A stretch of 64,000 bases of DNA from an uncultured Bacteroides sp. (GTDB lineage: Bacteria > Bacteroidota > Bacteroidia > Bacteroidales > GCA-2748055): NCBI GenBank assembly GCA_964622985.1, contig CAZURA010000008.1, forward strand, positions 232 to 64,231, in the 5' to 3' direction. Under the pieces are notes generated by a model that saw only the letters and a list, made by a program, of their open reading frames with translations, searched no databases and had not been told where the DNA came from. The position numbers and the translations under genes are program-made. This document shows positions 9,963 to 21,900 of the stretch, in pieces. The number at the start of each line of letters is the position of its first letter. The first letter of the stretch is position 1.

Positions 9963-12900
9963 ATGGTCAATAAAGTTAAAAAACTCTTACTAAAATACCT
10001 TGCATCAAGTATTACAATTACCTTGTTGTCAGGATTTTTAACTCTTATTCATGCTCAGGTAGACACGGAATTCTGGTTTGTGGTTCCTGAACTCTCCCAC
10101 AGGGGGAATACGGGGGGGACTCCGGGAAGACTAAGAATTGCCACCCTGGAGCTGGAGGCCACGGTGACCATCAGCATGCCTGCCAATCCCTATCATCCCA
10201 CCCTGAATCCCACGGGATTTCAGGATATTGTTATAGATATTCCGGCCAACTCTGCCAGCGAGGTGGACCTCTCGCATTTGCTGGATAACGCTGCCAATCC
10301 CAACAGGAACCTGTTGGAGAATAAGCCTCTGACTCCCAATGGGATCAACGATTTCGGGCTGTATATCACCTCAACCAATATGATCAATGTATACTGGGAG
10401 GTGAACTACGACTACGGTTCGGACTTGTGGACCTTGAAGGGATCCAATGGACTGGGCACCCTATTTTATACTCCATTTCAGACTGTGTATAACAACAGGA
10501 GCCTGACCCCCAGGGCTTATTCAGCCATCGATATCGTGGCCACACAGGACAATACCCAGGTAACCATAACCCTACCCGCAGGTAAGGGAGCAAGTTACGG
10601 TTCCAATGTGACCTCCATTTTTCCCGGAGGCACCCATGTGTTGACCCTGAACAGGGGAGAGACCTTCTCCCTGTATCCGCGCAATTACAGCATCCTGGGT
10701 GCAGACCGGTTGGCCGGGACCCGGATCGAATCCACCGAACCCATTGCTGTATGTGTGAAAGATGATGCCCTGAACACCGGATCTCAGGGTCAGCCTGTAA
10801 TAGGAGACCAGATCGTTCCCGTAGACATCATAGGGGATAACTACATCGTTCCGGATATAAAGAATCCAAATCACATTTATGTGGTAGCCACCGAGGATAA
10901 CACCAACATCTATGTGACTGACTCCGACGGGATCCCCATTGGTCCCACTCCATATACAACACTGAACAGGGGGGGACAGGCGCTGGTGGTCGTGCCCAAC
11001 GGATCAAAATATGCCCGGATCACCTCGAGGATTAATCCCGGAGACCCGGTTAAGCCTTTTTATGTATATCAGCTGGCACTCTCAAACCAGACCCGGGGCG
11101 GAGCTCTGGTCCCTGCCATTGGATGTACGGGAAACACCCAGCTGGCCTTTACCCGTGCCCGTCAGGGAGAGAACATATTCTATTTTTTCCTGATTACTGA
11201 GAGAGGGAATGAGGATAAATTTCTCATTGACGGGGTTCCTGAACCCACCATCATCGATCCGGGTGCCTTTACAGAGATCCAGGGAAGCGATGGATGGGTG
11301 GCCCTGCTCACCACATCCATCAATGCCAACGTGCTCCCGATAGGTCAGCACCTGGTGGAGAATACAGGGGGGATCTTTCACCTGGCCATTATCAACGGCT
11401 TTCCGGGAGCGGGACAGGGAGGACTCTATTATGGATACTATTCCGATTTCGGGGGATTGAATGTGGGTGCAACGGTGGCAGGAACCAACTCTTCAGTGGT
11501 ACGTGCCTGCTATGGGGATTCTGTACAGCTTCATGCTTTCGGAGGAACCACCTACCAGTGGACACCGGATTCCTACCTCGACGATGCTACGAGTAACCTG
11601 CCCACGGCCATCAACCTTCCACCCGGTCCTCACGACTATACGGTGGAGGTTTCCGGAAGTTGTGGATCCGGGACCATCCCTCTTACCGTGCTGGTATCTA
11701 CTCCGGTGGTGGCTAATGTGGAGACCAATGTGGTTTCAGGATGCTCACCCCTGGAGATCCAGTTTGAAGACAAGTCCGAAGGGACCTACTCCTGGCAATA
11801 TGATCTGGGCGACGGGACCCCATTGCTCAGGTATGATAACGATCCTGCTACCCCCTACCAGCCTCCTCCTGATCCTTTCGTTTTTTCAAATGTCTACACC
11901 AACACTACAGATTCGGCCATCAATTATGAGATCACACTCCTGGCAAAAAATGAAAGCGGGTGCTCTGAAATACTGACAAAGACTATCACGGTCTATCCGG
12001 AAATCCATTCAGATTTTACTGTCGACAATGATGCCGGGTGTGAACCGGTAGTAGTTCAGTTTACCAACAACTCCTGGGGGAATACCGATACATGGCTATG
12101 GGAATTCGGTGACGGAGGATCCTCCGTGGAACAGGACCCGGTCCATGAATACAGGAACCTGTTCGGACCTGACAACCTGGTATTCGATGCACGGCTGGTG
12201 GCAATCTCTCCGTTTCAATGCCGGGATACTTCCTCACACACCATCACAGTCAGCCCTTACATAGAAGCCAGCTTTGCCTATGATACAGTGGCTGAGTGCT
12301 CTCCCCATGAAATCATTATCACTGATCAATCCATTGGGGCGGACTTCTATACATGGGATTTTGGCGATGGGAACACCTCCACTTCAACCGGTCCGGTCAT
12401 TTCCCACACTTACGTAAACATCACGCCGTTTCCTGTCACTTATACCCTTTCCCTGAGGGTGGACAATGAAGAGGGATGTTTTCATGAGATCCAGCGTGAG
12501 GTTACTGTATATCCAGGTGTAAATGCAGCTTTTACTGTGAACCCCGAGGAAGCCTGTTCACCTGAAGAAATGATCTTCCAGAACAACTCCATCGGAGCTG
12601 CTACCTATTTCTGGGATTTCGGGGATGGTGGAACCTCCACCGAGACTCATCCCATACACCGGTATGACAGGAACCTGCTGAGGCACGATACGGTATTTAC
12701 GGTCACACTGGTGACCACTTCCAGCGAATTCTGCCGGGATACAGCCACTTTTGATGTGGTGCTCCATCCTTTTATTGAGGCGGCCTTTACAGTGGAAGAT
12801 GTGGTGGGGTGCCATCCTTTCACGGTCAATATCAACAATGAGTCAGTTGGAGTGGATAACTACTACTGGAATTTCGGGGACGGAAGCCCGGTCAGCAACG

Positions 12901-15900
12901 ACCCGTCTGCCATCATCAGCCATACTTTCCTGAATACCGGGGATAGCAGTGTGGTCTATCCGTTGCAGCTTGTGGTGACCAATGAGGAGGGTTGCAGCGA
13001 CACCATGGTAAGATACATTACCGTACATCCGGAGATCACCGCCAACTTCTCCGCTGACGCACTGGTAGGGTGCCATCCACTGACGGTCACTTTTACAGAC
13101 CTTTCGGTGAATGCGGTGACCTACCTGTGGGATTTCGGAGACGGAGCAGCTTCCGTGGATCCCTCACCGGTTCACACCTTCGTAAATTTTGGAACCACTG
13201 ATACTACTTTCCTGGTGACACTGACCACCTCCACATCAGACGGAGAATGTGTGAAATCGGTCTCATGGCCCATTACCATATTATGGTTTGAACAGGCTCC
13301 TGATATTTCAGGATTGGGTGATACTATATGTAATAATACCACCACCGATATTGAACTATCCACTACTATTATCCCACGTTACGATGTGCGATATACCTGG
13401 ACGGTGACTGATCCCAGTGGTCAGATCTCAGGAGAATCGAATTCAAATGGGAATGGAAATAGTATTAGTCAGAATCTAAGACAGGTATTGGTTAATAGCG
13501 ATACGGATGCACATGAGGTAATATACACAATTACTCCTCATACAGTTAGAGTAGACAGTAGCTTGCAATGTCCTGGGAATCCCATTCTGATAGAGATCTG
13601 GGTAAATCCTACCCCGGAGATTGGAGTTAGTGCTTCTGATACAGTGATCTGTAACGGGGAAACTTCCTCTATCACTATCACCAATCCTAACAATACGGTC
13701 CGGGGTAATTGGATGTATGATCTGGTGGTGACAGCTGATCCTAAAATTGGTGGTGAGATGTCAGATCAGTCAGGTATTGTCACTCCTGCATTTAATGAGA
13801 CACTCACCAACAGTGATTCAATAGTCCATAAGGTAGAATATCGGTTTATTCCAAAGATAGCTAGAAGCGCTGGAGATCCGGATTGCGAGAATGGGTTGGA
13901 TACGACTATTATCATTTGGGTGAATCCCACACCAGAGATTAGAATAAGTTCGGATACGGTGATCTGCGATGGTGAAACTACAACGATTCAGGTGGAGAAT
14001 CCGAATAATCCTATTCGGGGAGATTGGAAGTACAATCTGGTGGTGTCAGCCGAGACCGAAATTGCTGGAGAGCATTCCGGAGGAACAGATCTTACCTTGA
14101 CAACTATTTCTCAAACCCTTACCAATAGTGATACGGTGGCACACTATGTGGACTATCAGTTCACCCCGTTGATCTATAACGATGATGGAGCAGTAGTGAG
14201 TTGCCCGAATGGATTGGATACGATGATACGGATTTGGGTAAATCCAACTCCGGAAATCAGATTGAACGCCCCGGATACAGTGATTTGTAATGGAGAGACC
14301 ACCACTTTAACTGTCACCAACCCAAATCAAACAGTTAGGGGTGACTGGAAATATGATTTAGTAGTAACGGCTGATTCACAGATTTCAGGGGAAACTGGTA
14401 GTCAGACAGGGATTATCACCACAACGTTTGATGAAACACTGACTAACATTGATACCATCGTACACAAGGTAGAGTATCAGTTCATCCCTCGTATTACTCC
14501 GGATGATGGAGGAGTGGATTGTGGAACTAACCGGGATACTACTATTGTAATCTGGGTGAATCCAACGCCGGGGATCAGGGTGAGTGCCGACACCGTGGTC
14601 TGTTCAGGAGAGACTTCTACTATTCAGGTAAGAAATCCAAACAATCCTATCAGGGGAAATTGGGTATATGACCTGGTGGTTTCAGTGGATTCAGAAATAA
14701 GTGGATATTCCATGAGTCAATCGGGGATCACCACAGCCACATTTAATGAAACACTGTCCAATAGTGATACCGTAGTTCATAAAGTCGAATACAAATTCAC
14801 TCCGCGGATCGTACCTGATGACCTAGGATTGCATTGTGAGAATGGATTAGATACGACTATTATAATCTGGGTAAATCCTACACCCAGGATCAGGGTAGCT
14901 GCAGATACTGTGATTTGTGATGGAGATGATGTCACGTTTAATATTCAAAATCCCAACATTCCGATTCGGGGTGACTGGAAATATGATCTGGATGTGACAG
15001 CTGAGCCGGAGATTGTTGGAGAGAGTATAGATCTGACTGATCTGGTTCAAACCAGTTTAACAGAAACTCTGACTAACACCGATACTGTTGTGCACTATGT
15101 GGACTACACCTTTATCCCGAAGATTTACAATGATGATGGAGCGGTGATATCTTGTCCCAATGGCATTGATACTACGATTCGTATCTGGGTAAACCCCACA
15201 CCTGAGATCAGGATCAGTGCACCGGATACGGTAATTTGTAATGGAGAGACTGCAACACTTACTATCACCAATCCAAACAATACCGTTCGTGGCAACTGGG
15301 AGTATGACCTGGTAGTGACTGCTGATCCTGATATTTCGGGAGCAACCGGTAGCCAATCAGGGATCGTCACCGGGATGTTTGATGAAACACTTACTAATAG
15401 TGATACCATTGTACACAAGGTGGTGTACCAGTTCACCCCATACATTACTCCGGATGATGGAGGAACGGATTGCGGAACGTACCTGGATACAACTATTGTG
15501 ATTTGGGTGAATCCCACCCCCGAGATCAGGGTAAGTTCGGATACGGTGATTTGCAATGGAGAAACGACCACCATACAGGTGCGGAATCCGAACAATCCTG
15601 TTCAGGGAGATTGGAAGTATAATCTGGTGGTGACGGCCGAGGCGGAGATTGAAGGGGAACATCCAGGTGGTGCAGACCTTAACTTGACAGCTATTCCACA
15701 AACCCTGACCAACCCTGATACGGTGGCACACTACGTGGATTATCAATTCACTCCGTTGATCTATAACGGTGATGGAGCTGTGGTGAGTTGCCCGAACGGA
15801 TTGGATACGATGATCCGGATTTGGGTAAATCCCACGCCGGAGATCAGGATCAGTGCCCCAGATACGGTAACCTGCGAGGGTGAGACATTTACAATTAGCG

Positions 15901-18900
15901 TGGATAATCCCAATATTCCTGTTAAGGGTGACTGGAAGTATGATTTGGTGATGACAGCTGATCCTGAGATTGTAGGTCCTGATCTGAACATGACGGGCAT
16001 TACTACCTCTTCCTTTAATATCACATTATCCAACAGTGATACCATCGTACATAAAGTGGAGTATAAGTTCATTCCGAGGATCACTCCGGATGATGGTGGA
16101 ATAGATTGTTTGATGGGCGATGATACTACCATTATCATTTGGGTGAATCCAACACCAGAGATCAGAGTAAGTGCAGCTGATACGGTGATTTGTGATGGAG
16201 AAACATCTACCATCCAGGTACAAAATCCCAACAATCCGGTCCGGGGGACCTGGTTATATGACCTGGTGGTTACACCGGATCCGGAAATTTCTGGAGCCAC
16301 AACCAGTCAGACAGGAATCACCACAACTTCATTCAATGAAACGTTAACCCACAGCGATACGGTGGCTCATAAAGTGATCTACCATTTCACACCCCGAATC
16401 ATTCCAGACGATGCCGGTGTTGAGTGTGGCAACGCATTGGATACCACCATAGTCCTTTGGGTGAATCCAAGACCGCGAATAGTGGTATCTGCTCCTGACT
16501 CAATTCTTTGCGACGACAGTGATGTTTCATTCTGGATCCGTAATCCCAATCTATCCGTAAGGGGCGACTGGAAATACAATCTGACTGTGGATTATGGAGC
16601 TCATATTAATGGATGGAACATCGGTGGTGAATATTCCGATACAGATCTGGGCCTGCAGGATCACCTGATCAATAGTGATACGGCAGTGCATGCTGTTGCT
16701 TATCATTTCACTCCCCGTATTGAACCTGATGATGGAGGCCTGGATTGTCAGAATCAGCTGGATACAACTATTTTGATCTGGGTGAATCCCACCCCGGAGA
16801 TCAGGGTGAGCGTTGCAGATACAGTCATATGTAACGAAGATGATATCACTTTCAATATCAGGAATCCAAATACTCCATTAAGGGGTGACTGGAAATATAA
16901 TCTGACGGTAGATTATGGACCTTTTATTACCGGACTCAATATCGGAGGTGAATATGATGCAGCTACTCTGAATCTGATTGATAACCTCACAAATAACGAT
17001 ACTACATATCATTCGGTATCATATCATTTTACTCCTCGGATTACTCCCGAAGACGGTGGATCGGATTGCGTAAATGGTTTGGATACTACCATAGTCATTT
17101 GGGTGAATCCGACTCCTGCTATCCGGGTTATCGCTGAAGATTCCATTCTCTGCAATGGCGAACCGGCTACCATCAGGATCCATAATCCAAATGCATTCTT
17201 CTTAGGTGATTGGGAATATGATCTGGAAGTTACTGCTGATCCTGAGATCATCGGGGCTAGGGGAGATACTACTGGAATCATTGATACGTTGCTAATTGAT
17301 CCGTTGATCAATACTGATTCTGTTGTACATAAAGTGGAGTACCGTTTTATTCCTTTAAAAACCATAGAGGATAGCCTGATTTGTGATGGAGGAACCGATA
17401 CTACTCTTATTATCTGGGTGAATCCTACACCCGAGATCTGGGTGACGACCGACGATGAAATCATTTGTGATGGCGATTCAGTAACCCTGGATGTAAGGAA
17501 TCCCAATATTTCGGTGAGAGGAGACTGGAAATTCGATCTTGAGATCACAGCTGAACCAGGTATAACCGGAGTGAGTTCCGGAACAGTGGAGTATAGTACC
17601 GATACATCAATTACCTATGTATTGTATAACAGCGACCAGGTAGCTCGAAATGTAACCTATCGCTTTACTCCGCGAATTACTGACGATGATGGAGAAGAGT
17701 GTAATGCCTTTAAGGATACTACTATTGTTATAAGGGTAAATCCGGTGCCAGGTATTGTGGTCAATACTATCGATACTTTACTGTGCGATGGTCAGTATGC
17801 TAATTTTACAGTACAGAATCCAAATACATCCATTCAGGGTCAATGGTTATATGATTTGGAAGTATTCCCGGATCCGGAAATATCCGGTGCACGTAACGAT
17901 ACGACATTCCTGCTGCCAGACTTGAGTTTTAGCGATCAACTCAGTAATACAGACACAGTAGTCCATAAGGTTATCTATCACTTCATTCCGAGAATCACAC
18001 CAAATGATGGGCAATCCGATTGTGAGAATGGGAGAGATACCACTATAACCATTTGGATCAATCCCATACCGAGGATCTTCCCAAGCGTAGAAGATTCAAT
18101 CTTCTGTAATAATGAAATTGTAGTTTTCACAGTTGGTGATGGATTAGGTAATGTAATGGGGGATAAGATATATGAGGTAACGGCCTATTATAATACTTCT
18201 GATATCTTGGTGATTTCCAGGGAAAACGGAGAATCGGATACTGTTTCTGTGGGCTTCTCCATTAGTGATTCTCTGGTGAACCAAACCAATGAAGTACAAT
18301 CCGTATTCTATACATTCAAACCCAGAATTTACGATAACAGACCAGGTCATGAGGGGGAGTATTGTAACTATCCCGGGAATAATATCACGATAGAGATTCA
18401 GGTGAATCCGACTCCTTTGATCTATGTGGATATTGACGACACCATATTCTGTGATAATTCCATTTTAACTATTGAGTTAGCAGATGGATTAGGAGATGTG
18501 GAAGGCACCTCTGTATATGAACTGGATGTAACTTACAATCCTGTAGCTGTTTCGGGGAGCATAGCAAGTGATGGAGAGAAATCTGACTTTGTCGATATCT
18601 CCGATTTCTTAATCAACAATACCGATAGCGTACAGATCATCACCTATCATCTGACAGCACGGATCCGTGATGACAGACCTGGTCATGCTGGTGAATATTG
18701 TGATAATGGAACGGATACTACTATAACTGTCTACCTGAATCCGACTCCTCGTATTCAGTATCTTCTGGCTGAAGATACACTCTGTTACGATGAAGGATTT
18801 GTACTTACGACCAACTCCCTGGTTCAGACTACACATCCATTGGTCTATGATATGAGTGTAAGTAATCTCGGTCTGATCAGTAATGTGAATATGAGTACTG

Positions 18901-21900
18901 ACAGTGTGGATGTGACCATTCCGTGGGACGAATCAGACATCTTGAATCCACATGATTCGGTAGGTACAATTATTTATGATCTTGATCCCTATATCTCCAC
19001 AAAAGGATGTCCTGGTACACGGGATACATTTATTATCAAGGTGAATCCGCAACCAGTGATGCAGGTAACTCAAAGTGATACTGCAGTTTGTTACAACTGG
19101 GGATATTTGCTTCCCATGAATACTCAGGTTTACAATACTACAGGACAATTACAATATGAACTTACCACAGATGGGTATGATCCAGGTATGGTGAGCGGAG
19201 TACCAGCCGATGATTTTTACGATATTCTGCCCCTTGACCAGATGGGAGTGATTAATAATGGGGATTCCATTGAAAATGTCACCTACCATTTTACTCCGGT
19301 GATTGAAAATGCAAGGGCTTCCGGTCACTGTTACGGAGATCCTAAACCACCTATTATTGTACAAGTGGCTCCTGAATTGAAAGGAAATACGGTAGCCGAT
19401 ACTGTAGTAGGAGGCTGGAATATCAGGTGCTTTGGATTGGAAGATGGAACGATTCATTCAAACGTCTCAGGTGGGTATTATAAATTCCCATATGATTTTG
19501 ACTGGGATACGGATGGAGGTTTTGCTGGCAGTATCGATGAGGAGGACTCCGTTCAGGTGGATCTGGGAATTGGAAAGTACTGGTTCAATGTGGTGGATAC
19601 CCTGGGATGTTTCTTTACTGATACCATCACCCTATACCAGCCTGATACCATCATGGTGGATACATCCATTACAAACGCCACCTGTGCACACACATATATT
19701 AATGATGGTTCCATAGATATTACTCCTTCCGGCGGTACACTGGGGTATGATTATTTCTGGAGGAAACCCTATGGATTAACAGAAACTAATGAGGATATCA
19801 TAGATGGGGTGGCCGGACCCTATTATTTGACACTCACTGATACAAATAACTGTACTTTCGATGCGGTCTACCTCATTGAGTCGGCCCGCCTCATAGATAT
19901 TACCTGGTCTCCCAGTGTCTTTGGGGATTATGAAGTCACGTGCAACGGAGATAGTACAGGATCCATACTTGTTGATGACATTACGGGTGGATTCCCAAAT
20001 TATGATCTAAAGATTTATAACCTTAATGATGGAGATACCATACATGCCGGTATCATTACGCCAACAGGAGGGGTATATACTACTTTGATCGAAGATCTGC
20101 CTGCAGGTGAATATCGTCTGTTTGCCTTCGATGATGAACAATGTTTTAACTTTCCTCCCGATACCGTCATTTTAACAGAACCCGATCCGATTTCCATTGG
20201 GAGGATCAATCCACAGCCCTATTACGATACGGTGGACATCAGTTGTTTCGGAGCCGATAACGGTGTGATTGACATCATGGTTTCGGGGGGTCACACCGCC
20301 AGGTATCCCAGCAACTTTAACTGGACCGGTCCTCCTGGAGAACTGGATCTGGTACCTGGAGATAGCATACAAAATTCACTGGGTCCGGGAACCTATACGG
20401 TGGATATTACCGACTTCTGGGGCTGTAACAACACAGCACTATTCACTCTCTTTGAACCGCCAGCCATTGTGTTGGATGTGGACTCTATCAGGGAGCTGAA
20501 CGGATGGAACATTACCTGTAACGGGGATAGTGATGGATTCATAAATGTATCCACTTCCGGAGGTATTTCTGGATATGAATGGGATTGGAGTACAGGAGAA
20601 ATGGTGTTATCCGATCCGGAGACAGAAGATCAGGGAGATTTAATGGCCGGAACGTATTTCCTGACCATCACTGACAGTATCCAGTGTACATTAGATACCT
20701 CCTTCACCCTTCTTGAGCCTAATAAGCTGGGTGTGACAGACAGCATTCCACATTACCATTTCTATGAGATTGCCTGTGCGGGGGACTCTACCGGAGAGAT
20801 CTACTTATCACCTTTTGGCGGAGCCGATTCAGTTCAAAACAGCTACTTCTGGTCGACTCTCGATGGCTATATAAGCGATCCTGACTCGATGAACCAGTTT
20901 GGGATCAGTGCGGGAACATACAATGTTTTCATTACAGATATAAATGGTTGTACATTCGACACCCTGTTTATCCTGGAGGATCCGGATCCGATTCTCATAG
21001 ACACTTTGACCGCCGACAGTGCCCATTGTTTTGGAACGGCCACCGGATTCATCAATCTGGCAGCTTCAGGTGGAGTGGGTGAATTCGATTACCTGTGGAG
21101 CAATGGTGAGACCACAGAGGATCTTTCCTTTATTTATGCGGGATCGTATGTAATTACCATTACAGATGATAATTACTGTGTGAAGATCGATAGCATCGAT
21201 GTATTTGAAGCCGACCATTTCAGTGTTGATCTCACAGTTACCACTAACTATAACGGAGTACCCATTTCCTGTGCTAGCGCAACCGATGGGGCCATTTCCA
21301 TTGAACCGCAGGGAGGTACAGAACCGTATTATTATTCGTGGAATACCGGAGATACCATCCAGGATCTGGCTGGAATCCCAGCGGGATTTTATAAGGTGAT
21401 CGTCCGGGATATCTATGAATGTACTGATAGTGCTGAGGTGACTATCACAGAACCCTTGCCCATCGATTATAGCATGCAAATGTATGATCCGCTCTGTTAT
21501 AACGAAGCCTCCGGACGAATTGAGTTACTTATCACGGGTGGAACCGTGTTTAATCTGGATGATTACAGGGTGATGGTTAATGAGATAATGGCCAGTCCTT
21601 ATATTGATAATCTGCCACAGGGAACCTATCACATTAGAATTGAAGATTTGAATGATTGTTTCGTGGAAACCGACGCTGAACTGGTCCATCCCGATTCACT
21701 GGTATTGAGTTTCGAAACGGAAAATGCATTCTGCAAGGATAAATCAGACGGTCAACTTAATCTGAATATTGATGGTGGTACCTACCCATATAGTATTAAT
21801 TGGGACAGAGGATTACCCGACAATGAGGCTTTCTTCAATGATGTCTATTGGGGTTCATATGTAGCCACGGTTACAGACATCAATAATTGTGTTACTGTAG

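Noticed and set aside
13293-19373. Possibility that the tandem repeats (also 63227..63361) are a CRISPR array
   Set aside because: The units are contiguous with no unique spacers, sit in frame inside long ORFs, are 315 and 27 nt long, and there are no cas genes in the window.
10384-21479. Many 60-180-aa minus-strand ORFs inside the 4078-aa gene (for example 15125..15595, 15761..16300, 17024..17548)
   Set aside because: They are antisense frames of a repeat-rich coding region that happen to lack stops. The sequences are low-complexity mirror images of the sense repeats, with no motifs or independent start context.
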